Source: an uncultured bacterium | GTDB taxonomy: Bacteria > Eisenbacteria > RBG-16-71-46 > CAIMUX01 > WJJG01 | Direction: 5' to 3' | NCBI GenBank assembly: GCA_964585945.1 | Contig: CAZPGB010000028.1 | Span: 8,736 to 72,735, forward strand | Length of the DNA stretch: 64,000 nucleotides | In this document: in pieces, positions 18,895 through 28,595 of the stretch | Numbering within the stretch: the stretch's first letter is position 1 | How the letters are laid out: each line of letters starts with the position of its first letter | Notes under the pieces: model-generated | What the model was told of the DNA's origin: nothing | The model's input: only the letters and a program-made list of their open reading frames with translations | The model's database searches: none | Made by a program: the position numbers and the translations under genes

Positions 18895-21663
18895 ATGCTG
18901 TCATCATCATCATCGTTGCCGATCCGCAGGGTCATGACACCGGGGCGTAGGGTCATCCCGATCCTCTTTCTTCTGGCCGTCGCGCTGTGCGCGTGCCTGG
19001 CGCCAAGCCAGGCCAAGGTCTTCGAGCAGATCCGCGTGCCGGTGGGGCCCGATACCGATCGCTCGGCGCTGTTCTACCATCCCGACCTGGAGCTGATGGG
19101 CGACGACGATGGCGCGCTCATCCTGCTCTCCACACCGGAGCTGACCGCCGGGCTGCGGTCGCGCGGCTTCGAGGTCGAGGTGATGATCGCCGATCTGCAG
19201 GCGCACTACGTCGAGCGCTGCGCGCGGACGCGCGACTACGGCGTGTGGCACACTTACGACGAGACGGTCACCGAGATGCTCGACCTGCACGCTGAGTTTC
19301 CCGAGCTGACCACCGCGCCGATGTCGATCGGCACGACGGGCGAGGGGCGCACGGTGTGGGCGATGAAGGTGTCCGACAACCCGGGCGTGCAGGAGGACGA
19401 GCCCGAGGTGCTCTTCGACGGCGTTCACCACGCGCGCGAAATCATGGCGGTCGAGATCTGCCTGCACTTCGCCCGCTACCTGTGCGAGAACTACGGCCAG
19501 GATCCGGTGATCACGTTCCTGGTCGATCAGCGCCAGATCTGGTTCGTGCCGATCGTCAACGCCGACGGCTTCGTCTACAATGAGCTGATCGCGCCCTACG
19601 GCGGCGGCATGTGGCGCAAGAACCGGCGCGACAACGGCATCCCCGGTTGCGAGGGCGTCGACCCCAACCGCAACTATCCCTATCAGTGGGGCGGCCAGGG
19701 CTCCTCGGGCGACCCGTGCTCCGAGACCTATCGCGGGCCCAGCGCCGGCTCCGAGCCGGAGATCGCAGCGCTCATGGATTTCATCAACGACCACCAGTTC
19801 ACCGTGTGGCAGTCCTATCACAGCGTGGCGGGCATGATCCTCTACCCGTGGGGCTATACCACCACGCCCGTGCCCGAGGCCGACATCTTTCAGGCGACGT
19901 GCGAGGAGATGGCGCGCGACAGCGGCTACGAGGTGGGGCAGTGCTCGCACATTCTCTACACGGTGAGCGGCGGAGCGTTCGACTGGGGTTACGGCGCGAC
20001 CGGCGAGCACGACCAGATCTTCGCGGTGACGACCGAGGTCGGCGGCAGCGGCTTCTGGCCCGACCCCAGCGAGCGTGATGGCTTGATCGAGGAGAACCTC
20101 TACAGCAACATCTACCTCTCGCTGGTCGCCGGCGCCTACGTGGAGCTGGTCGATCTGGCGGTGACCTCGCCGGGCAATCTGGACCCGGGCGAGACGGGCG
20201 AGCTGACCCTGACGGTGCGCAACCCCGGGCTGCTGCAGCCGGTCACGAACCTGCACGCCACGCTGGTCTGCCACGATCCCTACGTTGCGCTGCAGACGGC
20301 GCAGATCGCGATCGGGGACCTGGCGGCGGGCGAGACGGTGACGCTCAGCCAGACGCCCTTCGTGATCAGCGTGGACCCGGCGTGTCCCGACCCGCGCCCG
20401 GTCGATCTCACGGTCCGCTTCGAGGCCGACGGGGAGCTGGTCGTGGATGATGGCGCATCCATCCTCATCGGGCGCGAAACGCTGATCTACGGCTGCGACT
20501 TCGAGCTGGCCACCCACGGATGGACGCAGGATCCGACCCACACCGCATCGACCGGTGCGTTCGTGCGCATCGATCCGGTGCCGACCTCCTATCAGCCCGG
20601 CGACGACACGACCCCCGACCCGGGCATCTACGGCTGGATCACCGGCCAGAACCCCGGCGGGGGCGTGGGCACCGACGACGTCGACAACGGCATCAGCGCG
20701 ACGCGCTCGCCGGAGATCGACCTCTCCGCCTTCGGCCACGTGCAGCTCGACCTGAACTACTTCCACGGACAGCGCGACGCCGGCGACGATCCGGGCGACT
20801 TCTTCCGCATTGACGTCTCCAACGACGGCGGCGCCTCCTACCCGGTCAACCTGGTCTTCGTGGGGGACGAGCAGCACAGCGCGCCGTGGCGCAATCTCCG
20901 GGTCGACCTCGAGGACCTGCTGCCGCTCACCGATCAGATGGTGCTGCGCGTGCAGGCCTGCGACGAGGCGGGCGAGGGCGACATCGTGGAGGCGGGTCTG
21001 GACGATGTCTACATCTTCGACCGCGGCGACGGCAACGATCCGCCCAGCGCCCCGGCGCTCGTCTCGCCGCCCGACGGGGACGCCGGCCAGACGGCGACGC
21101 CCACGCTGGTGGTGGCCAATGCCGGCGACCCGCAGGGCGATCCGCTCACCTACGGGTTTCAGGTCTTCGCCGATCCGCAGCTCACCCAGCTCGTGGTCGA
21201 GGTCGCCGGCATCCCGGAAGGGGGTGGGGGACAGACGTCCTGGACGGTGACGCCCCCGCTCGCGGCCAACCAGACCTACTACTGGCGCGCCTTCGCCGCG
21301 GATCCGCAGGCGCGCGGCCTGTGCCCCTCGGCCTGGTCGTTCACCGTGACCGACCTGGCGGGGATCGGCGGGGAGCTTGCCGCCGGCGGTCGCAGCGCGC
21401 TGATCGCCGGACCCAATCCGGCGCGCGGTGCGGTGACCATCCGCTACCACTCGCCCTCGGCGCCGCTGGCGCGGCTGGCGATCATCGACGTGTCGGGTCG
21501 CCGCGTGCGCACGCTGAGCGGAGAGTGCTGGCGAGCGGGGTGGCATGAGGTGCACTGGGACGGCCGCGACGACGATGGACAGGCCTTGCCCGGTGGGCTC
21601 TACTGGGTCAAGCTCTCGCTGCCCGATGAGACGCGCACCGTGCGCCTGGTGCGGTTGCCCTAG
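18895..21663 (+). CDS. secreted M14 zinc carboxypeptidase (carboxypeptidase T-like) with Ig-like domains and a C-terminal FlgD-Ig/T9SS-like domain
   Basis: Signal peptide; DGVHHARE (HxxE), WRKNRR, GVDPNRNY, SEPE, SYHS, YPWGY; C-terminal PNP..IDVSGRRVRTL..WDGRDDDG..GLYWVKL. Confidence 0.88.
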   Translation: MLSSSSSLPIRRVMTPGRRVIPILFLLAVALCACLAPSQAKVFEQIRVPVGPDTDRSALFYHPDLELMGDDDGALILLSTPELTAGLRSRGFEVEVMIADLQAHYVERCARTRDYGVWHTYDETVTEMLDLHAEFPELTTAPMSIGTTGEGRTVWAMKVSDNPGVQEDEPEVLFDGVHHAREIMAVEICLHFARYLCENYGQDPVITFLVDQRQIWFVPIVNADGFVYNELIAPYGGGMWRKNRRDNGIPGCEGVDPNRNYPYQWGGQGSSGDPCSETYRGPSAGSEPEIAALMDFINDHQFTVWQSYHSVAGMILYPWGYTTTPVPEADIFQATCEEMARDSGYEVGQCSHILYTVSGGAFDWGYGATGEHDQIFAVTTEVGGSGFWPDPSERDGLIEENLYSNIYLSLVAGAYVELVDLAVTSPGNLDPGETGELTLTVRNPGLLQPVTNLHATLVCHDPYVALQTAQIAIGDLAAGETVTLSQTPFVISVDPACPDPRPVDLTVRFEADGELVVDDGASILIGRETLIYGCDFELATHGWTQDPTHTASTGAFVRIDPVPTSYQPGDDTTPDPGIYGWITGQNPGGGVGTDDVDNGISATRSPEIDLSAFGHVQLDLNYFHGQRDAGDDPGDFFRIDVSNDGGASYPVNLVFVGDEQHSAPWRNLRVDLEDLLPLTDQMVLRVQACDEAGEGDIVEAGLDDVYIFDRGDGNDPPSAPALVSPPDGDAGQTATPTLVVANAGDPQGDPLTYGFQVFADPQLTQLVVEVAGIPEGGGGQTSWTVTPPLAANQTYYWRAFAADPQARGLCPSAWSFTVTDLAGIGGELAAGGRSALIAGPNPARGAVTIRYHSPSAPLARLAIIDVSGRRVRTLSGECWRAGWHEVHWDGRDDDGQALPGGLYWVKLSLPDETRTVRLVRLP

Positions 21664-21737
21664 GACGCGGCGCGTCCGTGAGGGCGCGGGGACGACGACC
21701 GGCCGCGGTCGCGGCGGCGGGGACAAGGAGGACCCAG

Positions 21738-23099
21738 GTGCGAGCGCAGGATGCGCACGGTCGGGGGCCGACAGGGCCGCCCGGCGTCCGGCGTCGGGGC
21801 ACACGTCGGCGGCGGGTGCGGCTCGGCCTGTGGGCTGTGGCCGTCTTGGTGGCCGGCGCATCGGCGGCGATCGTCGGCTGCGACGATGACGAAGGAGCGC
21901 GCACGGCGCCCCCGCGCACCTTTGCCCTGCGTCCCGACGGCACGGGTGACGCCGCGACGATCGCGGCCGCCATCGAAGCGGCGCGCGACGGCGACGTCAT
22001 CGAGCTGGCCGACGGGATCTACCGCGGCGAGGGCAACCGCGACCTCGACCTGCTGCGCAAGGCGATCACCATCCGCTCCGCCAGCGGCGATCCCACCGCG
22101 TGCGTCATCGACTGCGAGGGGGATTCGGCCGTCGCGCGACGCGGATTTCACCTGCACCGCGGCGAGGGCCCGGCCACCGAGCTGAGCGGGTTCACGATCC
22201 GTGCGGCCTACACCGACGGGTTCGGCGGCGCCGTTCGCTGCGAGCACGGCTCGTCGCCCACGCTGCGCAACCTGGTGCTGACCCAATGCCGGGCGCTGGC
22301 GGGGGGCGGACTGTGCTGCACCGGTGGATCCAATCCGCGCGTGGTCGCGTGCGAGATCGCCGACAATCGCGCGACCTACGGGGGCGCCGTCTACTGCTCG
22401 GGGGCCTCGCCGACGTTTGAAGCGTGCCGGTTCACCGGCAACCGCGCCTCGCTGGGCGGCGCCATCCACGCGATGCTGATCGAGGACGTCCCGCTCGAGC
22501 TGCAGGACTGTCTCTTCGACGGCAACTACGGCTCCACCGGCGGCGCCGCGCTCCTGCAGCAGAGCGAGCTGTCGGCCGACGCCACCGTGTTCGCCCACAA
22601 TGTGGCCGACTACGGCGGGGCGATCTTCGCCGCCGAGAGCTCGCCCGTTTTCTCCCACTGCACGTTCCACCACAACACCTCGCGCGTGGGCGGCGCGTTC
22701 CACGGCCAGGATGCTTCCACGCCCCGGTTCACCTCCTGCACCTTCTGTTGGGAGCACGCCGAGAACTCGGGCGCCGCCCTACACCTGACCGAAGGGTGCC
22801 TGCCGACGCTTCAGGCGACCCTCATCGTCTTCTGCACCGGCAGCGAGGCGGTCTGGTCTTCGGGCGCCGGCAGCACGCCCCAGTTCGAGTGCTGCGACAT
22901 CTTCGGCAACGAATGGGGCGATTGGGTGGACCTGATCGCGGAGCAGTACGCTCTCAACCAGAACCTCTCGGTCGATCCGCGTTTCTGCGACCCGGAGAAC
23001 AACGACTTCCGCATCCCCGAGGACTCGCCCTGCAGTGCCGACTCGACCGGCTGCGGCCCCATCGGCGCGGGGACAGTCGGCTGCGGCTCGGCACGGTGA
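21738..23099 (+). CDS. lipoprotein with right-handed parallel beta-helix (GGA..FxxN) repeats
   Basis: AAGGAGG RBS before GTG 21738; lipobox-like AIVGC; TIAAAIEAARDGDVIELADGIYRGEGN; repeated GGAV/GGAI..N motifs; DPRFCD..DSPC C-terminus. Confidence 0.78.
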   Translation: MRAQDAHGRGPTGPPGVRRRGTRRRRVRLGLWAVAVLVAGASAAIVGCDDDEGARTAPPRTFALRPDGTGDAATIAAAIEAARDGDVIELADGIYRGEGNRDLDLLRKAITIRSASGDPTACVIDCEGDSAVARRGFHLHRGEGPATELSGFTIRAAYTDGFGGAVRCEHGSSPTLRNLVLTQCRALAGGGLCCTGGSNPRVVACEIADNRATYGGAVYCSGASPTFEACRFTGNRASLGGAIHAMLIEDVPLELQDCLFDGNYGSTGGAALLQQSELSADATVFAHNVADYGGAIFAAESSPVFSHCTFHHNTSRVGGAFHGQDASTPRFTSCTFCWEHAENSGAALHLTEGCLPTLQATLIVFCTGSEAVWSSGAGSTPQFECCDIFGNEWGDWVDLIAEQYALNQNLSVDPRFCDPENNDFRIPEDSPCSADSTGCGPIGAGTVGCGSAR

Positions 23100-23295
23100 C
23101 CCCGAGCGGATTCGAATGGGCGGGATGCTCTAACTATTTCTCTTGAAATACGTTAGTGGTTGGCATGCTCGCCGGGACGGCTCGTCTTCAGGGTGCTTGC
23201 CGCAAGCAAACCCACCGCAGGCCCAGGGAACGTGCTATGGTTTACAGGGATTATCCCTATTTCGGGCACAACTTGAGCACTCTGAGGAGGACGCC

Positions 23296-26232
23296 ATGCT
23301 TCGTCAACGGATGCTTGGACTTCTGCTCGCCGGTTTGAGCCTCGCGGTCTGCTTCGCCCCGGGGGGCGCGGCCGGCTTCGACGGCGCCGACGGCGTGCTT
23401 GCGGTCTTGCCTTGGGACGGACCCCAATCGATGCCCATCGACGCGCTCGAGAAGGAGTGCTGGATCGTGGGACACACGCAGGATATGGCGCTCTTCCTTC
23501 TGCCGCCGGCCTTCCCGCTGCCCGAGCCGGTGCGCGCCGCGATGCGCGTGATCGAGACGCCCGCAAGCCAGGGCGACTACTTCTTCGTGCTGTTGGAAGA
23601 TCCCTCGGCCGCCCGCTTCGAAGGGTCGACCCGCGTGCTGGCCGCCCGCGGCCACACGGTGCTGGTCGCAACCGACGGGGCTACCCCGCGCTTGACGGCG
23701 TCCAGCCGTGCGGGGATGCGCGGTTTGGTTCAGCCGGTGCATGTGGCCCTGACCCCGAAGGCGTGGCCGTCGGCCGCGGCGGTTCAGCCGGAGATGCCCG
23801 CCCGCGACCACCGGGAGTTCCATCCGCTGGTCGATGCGATCGTGGCCGACGTGTCGCTCGACGAGTACGTGGCGAAGTGGCAGGTGCTCGATGACTTCGA
23901 GACGCGCTACACCCACACGAGCCAGAACGTGGCCTCTTCGCAGTGGATGTACGACTACTTCACCTCCCTCGGCCTGGAGGCGACCTTCCACGAGTACCAG
24001 CAGTCGGGCACCAAGCGCAACGTTTACGCCACGCTGCCCGGTCTGGTGGAGCCGGATCGGGTGGTCTACATCTGCGGCCACTTCGATTCGATCAGCGAGA
24101 TCCCGGAGACCAGCGCACCGGGGGCCGATGACAATGGCAGCGGCACGGCCGCGTTTCTCGAGGCCGCGCGCGTGCTCAGCCAGTACGCCTTCCACTACAC
24201 CATCCGCTTCATCGGCTTCAACGGCGAGGAGCAGGGCCTCTACGGTTCGGCGGCCTACGTCGCGGACATCGCCGCCGCGGGCGAGGACGTGGTCGGCTGC
24301 TACAACTTCGACATGATCGCCTACCGGGGCACCGATCCGGCCCCGGCCGACCTGGTGATCTACACCGACAACAACTCGCTCGAGCTCGCGCAGACGCTCG
24401 AAGACGCCTGTCTCACATATTTCCCCAACGACCTCGAGCCGCTGGTCACCGTCTCGTCGATGAGCGGCTCGGATCACGCCTCCTTCTGGAACTACGGCTA
24501 CAAGGCGATCTGCGGCATCGAGGACGAGGCCTGGGGCGGGGACTTCTGCCCCTGGTACCACACCTCGAACGATCGGATCGAGCAGTATCCGACCGACTAT
24601 CCCACGCATTGCGCGACGGCCGGCATCGCGGCCGTGGCCCAGACGGCCATCCCCATGCAGCCGGACGTTCCGTATCTGGCGCTCGACTCCTGGACGATCG
24701 ACGACGACGCCTCCGGCGCCTCCAGCGGCAACGGCAATGGGATCATCGAGTACAGCGAGACGATCGAGCTGGGGGTGACGCTCGAGAACCTCGGCATCCC
24801 CGACGCGGTGGGCGTGGAGGCGACGCTGCTGACCGACGACACCTTCGTCAGCCTGCTGAGCGCGCAGACCACCTTCGGGAACATCCCCGGCGGCGGGGGG
24901 CTGGCCGCGTCGAGCACGCCGTTCGTCTTCGCGGTGCATTCGGATGTGCCCGACGAGCACGTCGTCGACTTCGCGCTGGCGGTGACCGAGCAGCCCGACA
25001 CGCTGCTCTTCTCGTTGCCGGTGCTGGCGCCGGATCTGAACGTCGTGGCCTTCGACGCCGACGACACGGTCGGCGGCGACGGCGACGGCATCCCCGAGCC
25101 GGGGGAGACGATCGCGCTCACGATCACGGTGGCCAACGACGGACACGCCGAGGTGGCCGACGTCATCGGCGTGCTCACCGGGGGCGCCTTCCTGGAGGCC
25201 GATCCCACGCCGCAGAGCTACGGCACGATGGCGCCGGGCGCGGTCGCGGAGGGGGGACCCTTCTCCGTGGCCGTCAGCCCCTCGGCCCCCGAGCTCTACA
25301 CGAGCCTCCTCACCCTCGCGCTCACGGGCGCCTTGGACTACGAGCGCAACGAGACCTTCGGCTTCAACATCGGCGACATCTTCGCCGACGACATCGAGGA
25401 CGGGGGACAGGGCTGGTCGCACTACGCGGGCGGAACCGGGTTCAGCGACGAGTGGCACGTCGAGACCTACCGCAACCACACCTACGGTGGAAGCTACTCC
25501 TGGAAGTGCGGCGGTGCGGGCGGCGCCGACTACGGAGATCTGCTCTACGCGGTGCTCGAGTCCTCGCCCTTCACGCTCCCGGCGTCGGGGCAGCTCTCCT
25601 GCTGGCACTGGATGGAGGCCGAGGTGAGCGGGGCTCATCAGGGCTACTGCTACGACGGCGGATTGGTCGAGATCTCGATCGACGGTGGCCCCTGGGAGAC
25701 GATCGACCCGGTGGGCGGGTATCCCTATCTGGTGCGCGAGGGTAGCACGCCCGGACCGTTCCCGGCCGAGACGCCGGTCTTCAGCGGCAGCCACGACTGG
25801 GAGCAGGTGTACTTCGACCTGTCGGGCTACGAGGGCAGCGCCCGCGTCCGCTTCGCCTTCGGCAGCGACGGCGCCGATTCCCGTGAGGGCTGGTACATCG
25901 ACGACCTCGAGCTGACCTTCCAGGCCTCGGCCGTGGGATCCGATCCGGTCACGCGGCAGTTGCGGCTGCACCCGGTGCGGCCGAATCCGTTCGCCGATCG
26001 GGCCGCATTGCGCCTGGATCTGCCGCGGACGGCGCCGGTTGAAGTGCAGGTGTACGACGCCACGGGACGGCGGCTGCGCGTGCTGCAGCAGGGTACCCTG
26101 CAGGCCGGCTATCACGTGTTCACGTGGGACGGACTCGACGCCGAGGGCGCCCGCGTCGGCAGCGGCATCTACTGGATCCGCGCCCAGGCCGACGGCGTGC
26201 AGCGGTCGGTCAAGACCGTGGTGACGCGCTGA
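23296..26232 (+). CDS. secreted M28 aminopeptidase with Ig/MAM-like domains and a C-terminal FlgD-Ig/T9SS-like domain
   Basis: GAGGAGG RBS, signal peptide; CGHFDS, PGADDNGSG, GEEQGLYGS, NFDMI, SDHASF, YHTSND; C-terminal PNPF..YDATGRRLR..WDGLDAEG..SGIYWIR. Confidence 0.88.
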   Translation: MLRQRMLGLLLAGLSLAVCFAPGGAAGFDGADGVLAVLPWDGPQSMPIDALEKECWIVGHTQDMALFLLPPAFPLPEPVRAAMRVIETPASQGDYFFVLLEDPSAARFEGSTRVLAARGHTVLVATDGATPRLTASSRAGMRGLVQPVHVALTPKAWPSAAAVQPEMPARDHREFHPLVDAIVADVSLDEYVAKWQVLDDFETRYTHTSQNVASSQWMYDYFTSLGLEATFHEYQQSGTKRNVYATLPGLVEPDRVVYICGHFDSISEIPETSAPGADDNGSGTAAFLEAARVLSQYAFHYTIRFIGFNGEEQGLYGSAAYVADIAAAGEDVVGCYNFDMIAYRGTDPAPADLVIYTDNNSLELAQTLEDACLTYFPNDLEPLVTVSSMSGSDHASFWNYGYKAICGIEDEAWGGDFCPWYHTSNDRIEQYPTDYPTHCATAGIAAVAQTAIPMQPDVPYLALDSWTIDDDASGASSGNGNGIIEYSETIELGVTLENLGIPDAVGVEATLLTDDTFVSLLSAQTTFGNIPGGGGLAASSTPFVFAVHSDVPDEHVVDFALAVTEQPDTLLFSLPVLAPDLNVVAFDADDTVGGDGDGIPEPGETIALTITVANDGHAEVADVIGVLTGGAFLEADPTPQSYGTMAPGAVAEGGPFSVAVSPSAPELYTSLLTLALTGALDYERNETFGFNIGDIFADDIEDGGQGWSHYAGGTGFSDEWHVETYRNHTYGGSYSWKCGGAGGADYGDLLYAVLESSPFTLPASGQLSCWHWMEAEVSGAHQGYCYDGGLVEISIDGGPWETIDPVGGYPYLVREGSTPGPFPAETPVFSGSHDWEQVYFDLSGYEGSARVRFAFGSDGADSREGWYIDDLELTFQASAVGSDPVTRQLRLHPVRPNPFADRAALRLDLPRTAPVEVQVYDATGRRLRVLQQGTLQAGYHVFTWDGLDAEGARVGSGIYWIRAQADGVQRSVKTVVTR

Positions 26233-26528
26233 TAGGGCGCAACCGGCGGCGCGGAACAGCGCCGACCACGAAGTGTATCGCGGCGGGGAGCCATGCGCTC
26301 CCCGCCGTTTCCATTGTGCCGCGATGTTGCAATTGCTTCTGGATGAGGACGTTGTCGCATTCGGGTCGACGCAGTAGAGTGCGGGGCACAGCGTCGCCCG
26401 CATCGCGCGAGTGTGGGGCACAGCGTCGCCGGAAGAGCGCGCGGCGCCACCCCGTCGCGCCGGCGGACGCGGCGCGGCGTGGCGTGGCCAGGGATTGAGG
26501 GAACTGTAGAGGAGCCACCAAGAAGATC

Positions 26529-27932
26529 ATGGACCTGCTGGCGCGTTGGTTGATCGAGGCGCTCGACCTGTTTCGTCTGATGGCGCCCTATCTGCTGCTG
26601 GGATTCCTCCTGGCGGGGATCCTGCACGCTCTGGTGCCGCGGGTGTGGGTTGCGCGTCATCTTGGGGGACGGGGCATGGCCTCGGCGATCAAGGCCGCCG
26701 TTGTCGGGACGCCGCTGCCGCTCTGCTCATGCGGCGTGATTCCGTTCGCCGACCTGTTGAAGCGGCAGGGTGCGTCCAGACCCGCGATCACGTCGTTTCT
26801 CATCTCGACGCCGCAGACCGGGGTCGATTCCATTCTCGCCTCCTACGCGGTGCTCGGTCTCCCGCTCGCGCTGTGGAAGGTGGTCACGGCGCTGGTGTCG
26901 GGCGTCATCGGCGGCACGATCAACGGATGGTTGTCGCGTGGCGAGGAGGATCCCGGGCGCGAGTCGCAGCAGCGAGGCGACACGCAGCAGCGGTTCGGAT
27001 CGCCGCCCGTTGCCGCAGAGGCGTGCGCCGTCGGGCCCCCCGCGTCGGGTGCGGTGGGCGCCGGCGCGGCCATGGGCGGCACGAGCGACGCGCCGCCGGT
27101 GCCGCGGGCGTGGATGCTCCGCGTGCGCAGCATCTTCTCCTACGGTCTCGGCATGTTGGTCGAGGAGGTTGCCCTCTGGCTCGTGATCGGCGTGGTCATC
27201 GGCGGCGCCATCGCGGCGTTCGTGCCCGACGACTTCTTGGCCCAGAACTTTCCCAACCCGTACCTGCAGATGATCGCGGTGCTCGCCGTCGCCGTGCCGC
27301 TCTATGTCTGCGCCACCGGATCGGTGCCGGTGGCGGCCGCCCTGGTGATGAAAGGGATGCCTCTGGGCGCGGCGATCGTCTTCCTCATCGCCGGACCGGC
27401 GACCAACGTGGCGACCCTGACGGTCTTCACGAAGGTCCTGGGCCGGCGCACGGTCGCCGTCTACCTGGCGACCATCGTGGTGGTCAGCTACGCCTTCGGT
27501 CTGCTCTTCGGCGTGTTCTTTCCGGGGGCGACGCTGCCCCCGATGGTGCACGAGCACGGCGCGCACGGCGAGGGCGTCGGGCCGCTCGCCCGCATGGCTT
27601 GGTGGGAGTGGGCCGCCAGCCTGCTGCTGATGGGTCTGCTGCTGCGCGCATTCGTCGTGAAGCTGCGCCTGCGCTATGCGCTTCGCGGCCGCGCGCGGGT
27701 GGCGATGGAGGACACCGAGATGGAGACGGTCCGCCTGAACGTCACGGGCATGAACTGCGGCCATTGTCAGAGCAGCGTCGAGCGGGCGCTGCGTGGCGTG
27801 CAAGGGGTGGTGGATGTCGAGGTGTCGCTCGACACCGAATCGGCGACCGTGTCGGGAGAGGAGCTCGAGGTCGAGGCATTGGTCGAGGCGGTCCGGTCCT
27901 CGGGGTTTCAGGCCTCACGGGCCCAGGCTTAG
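26529..27932 (+). CDS. SO_0444/DUF318 (ArsP-like) permease fused to a C-terminal heavy-metal-associated (HMA) domain
   Basis: PLPLCSCGVIP, FLISTPQTGVDS, PLYVCATGSVP, FLIAGPATN; His-rich VHEHGAHG; GMNCGHC in the C-terminal domain. Confidence 0.85.
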   Translation: MDLLARWLIEALDLFRLMAPYLLLGFLLAGILHALVPRVWVARHLGGRGMASAIKAAVVGTPLPLCSCGVIPFADLLKRQGASRPAITSFLISTPQTGVDSILASYAVLGLPLALWKVVTALVSGVIGGTINGWLSRGEEDPGRESQQRGDTQQRFGSPPVAAEACAVGPPASGAVGAGAAMGGTSDAPPVPRAWMLRVRSIFSYGLGMLVEEVALWLVIGVVIGGAIAAFVPDDFLAQNFPNPYLQMIAVLAVAVPLYVCATGSVPVAAALVMKGMPLGAAIVFLIAGPATNVATLTVFTKVLGRRTVAVYLATIVVVSYAFGLLFGVFFPGATLPPMVHEHGAHGEGVGPLARMAWWEWAASLLLMGLLLRAFVVKLRLRYALRGRARVAMEDTEMETVRLNVTGMNCGHCQSSVERALRGVQGVVDVEVSLDTESATVSGEELEVEALVEAVRSSGFQASRAQA

Positions 27933-27969
27933 GCGGCCGTCAAGCCATCGGGCACGATCTCCCGTCGCG

Positions 27970-28524
27970 TCAACGCGCGGGGCGGTCCTGGGGAGGATCC
28001 AGGCGCATCTCGAGCTCGATCTCGTCCCGCAGCTCGATGCCGCCCATTCCGATGCGCGGGATCGACGGCTTCAGTCGGCGCGAGGCCTCCAGAGCATCGC
28101 GGTGAATCCTGAGCAGGCGGAAGCCCCGTTTCTGGTAGAAGCGCAACGCCGGCAGATTGTCGTTGGTGGTGATCAGCCACAGGCGCTTGCATCCAGCCGA
28201 CCGTGCGGCGGCGGCCACCGCAGCGAGCAACGTGCCTCCGACGCCCGCGCCGTCGCGCTCGCTGTTGAGCGAGACCAGCTCGCAGTCGCTTCCGTCGATG
28301 CGATAGGTGGCCAGTCCCACACGCTGGTCACCATCCCGCGCCACGTAGGCGGGCAAGGCCGAAGCGTCGTGCACTCGGCCCCGCGTCACGATCCGAGGCG
28401 ATCCCCAATGCGCTCGCAATAGTCGCTCGATCCAGGCGGCATCGGAGGCCTGGGCCGGCTCGACGCGCAGGATTGCTCGGCCGCCGATCGGTTCCCGGTC
28501 GCATGGGGACGCATCACGCATCAC
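27970..28524 (-). CDS. GNAT family N-acetyltransferase
   Basis: ELVSLNS..GAGVGGTLL, LWLITTNDNLPALRFYQKRGF, IPRIG..GIELRDEIELE. Confidence 0.85.
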   Translation of the reverse strand: MMRDASPCDREPIGGRAILRVEPAQASDAAWIERLLRAHWGSPRIVTRGRVHDASALPAYVARDGDQRVGLATYRIDGSDCELVSLNSERDGAGVGGTLLAAVAAAARSAGCKRLWLITTNDNLPALRFYQKRGFRLLRIHRDALEASRRLKPSIPRIGMGGIELRDEIELEMRLDPPQDRPAR

Positions 28525-28553
28525 ACATCACCCATCACCCATCACCCATCCCA
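28512..28553. repeat. heptanucleotide simple repeat (CATCACN)x6
   Basis: catcacg-catcaca-catcacc-catcacc-catcacc-catccca (last copy degenerate), overlapping the GNAT start region. Confidence 0.8.
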
Positions 28554-28595
28554 CGCAGCAGGCTCAGGTCTTCCATGAGGTCTCTCTAGCAATGT

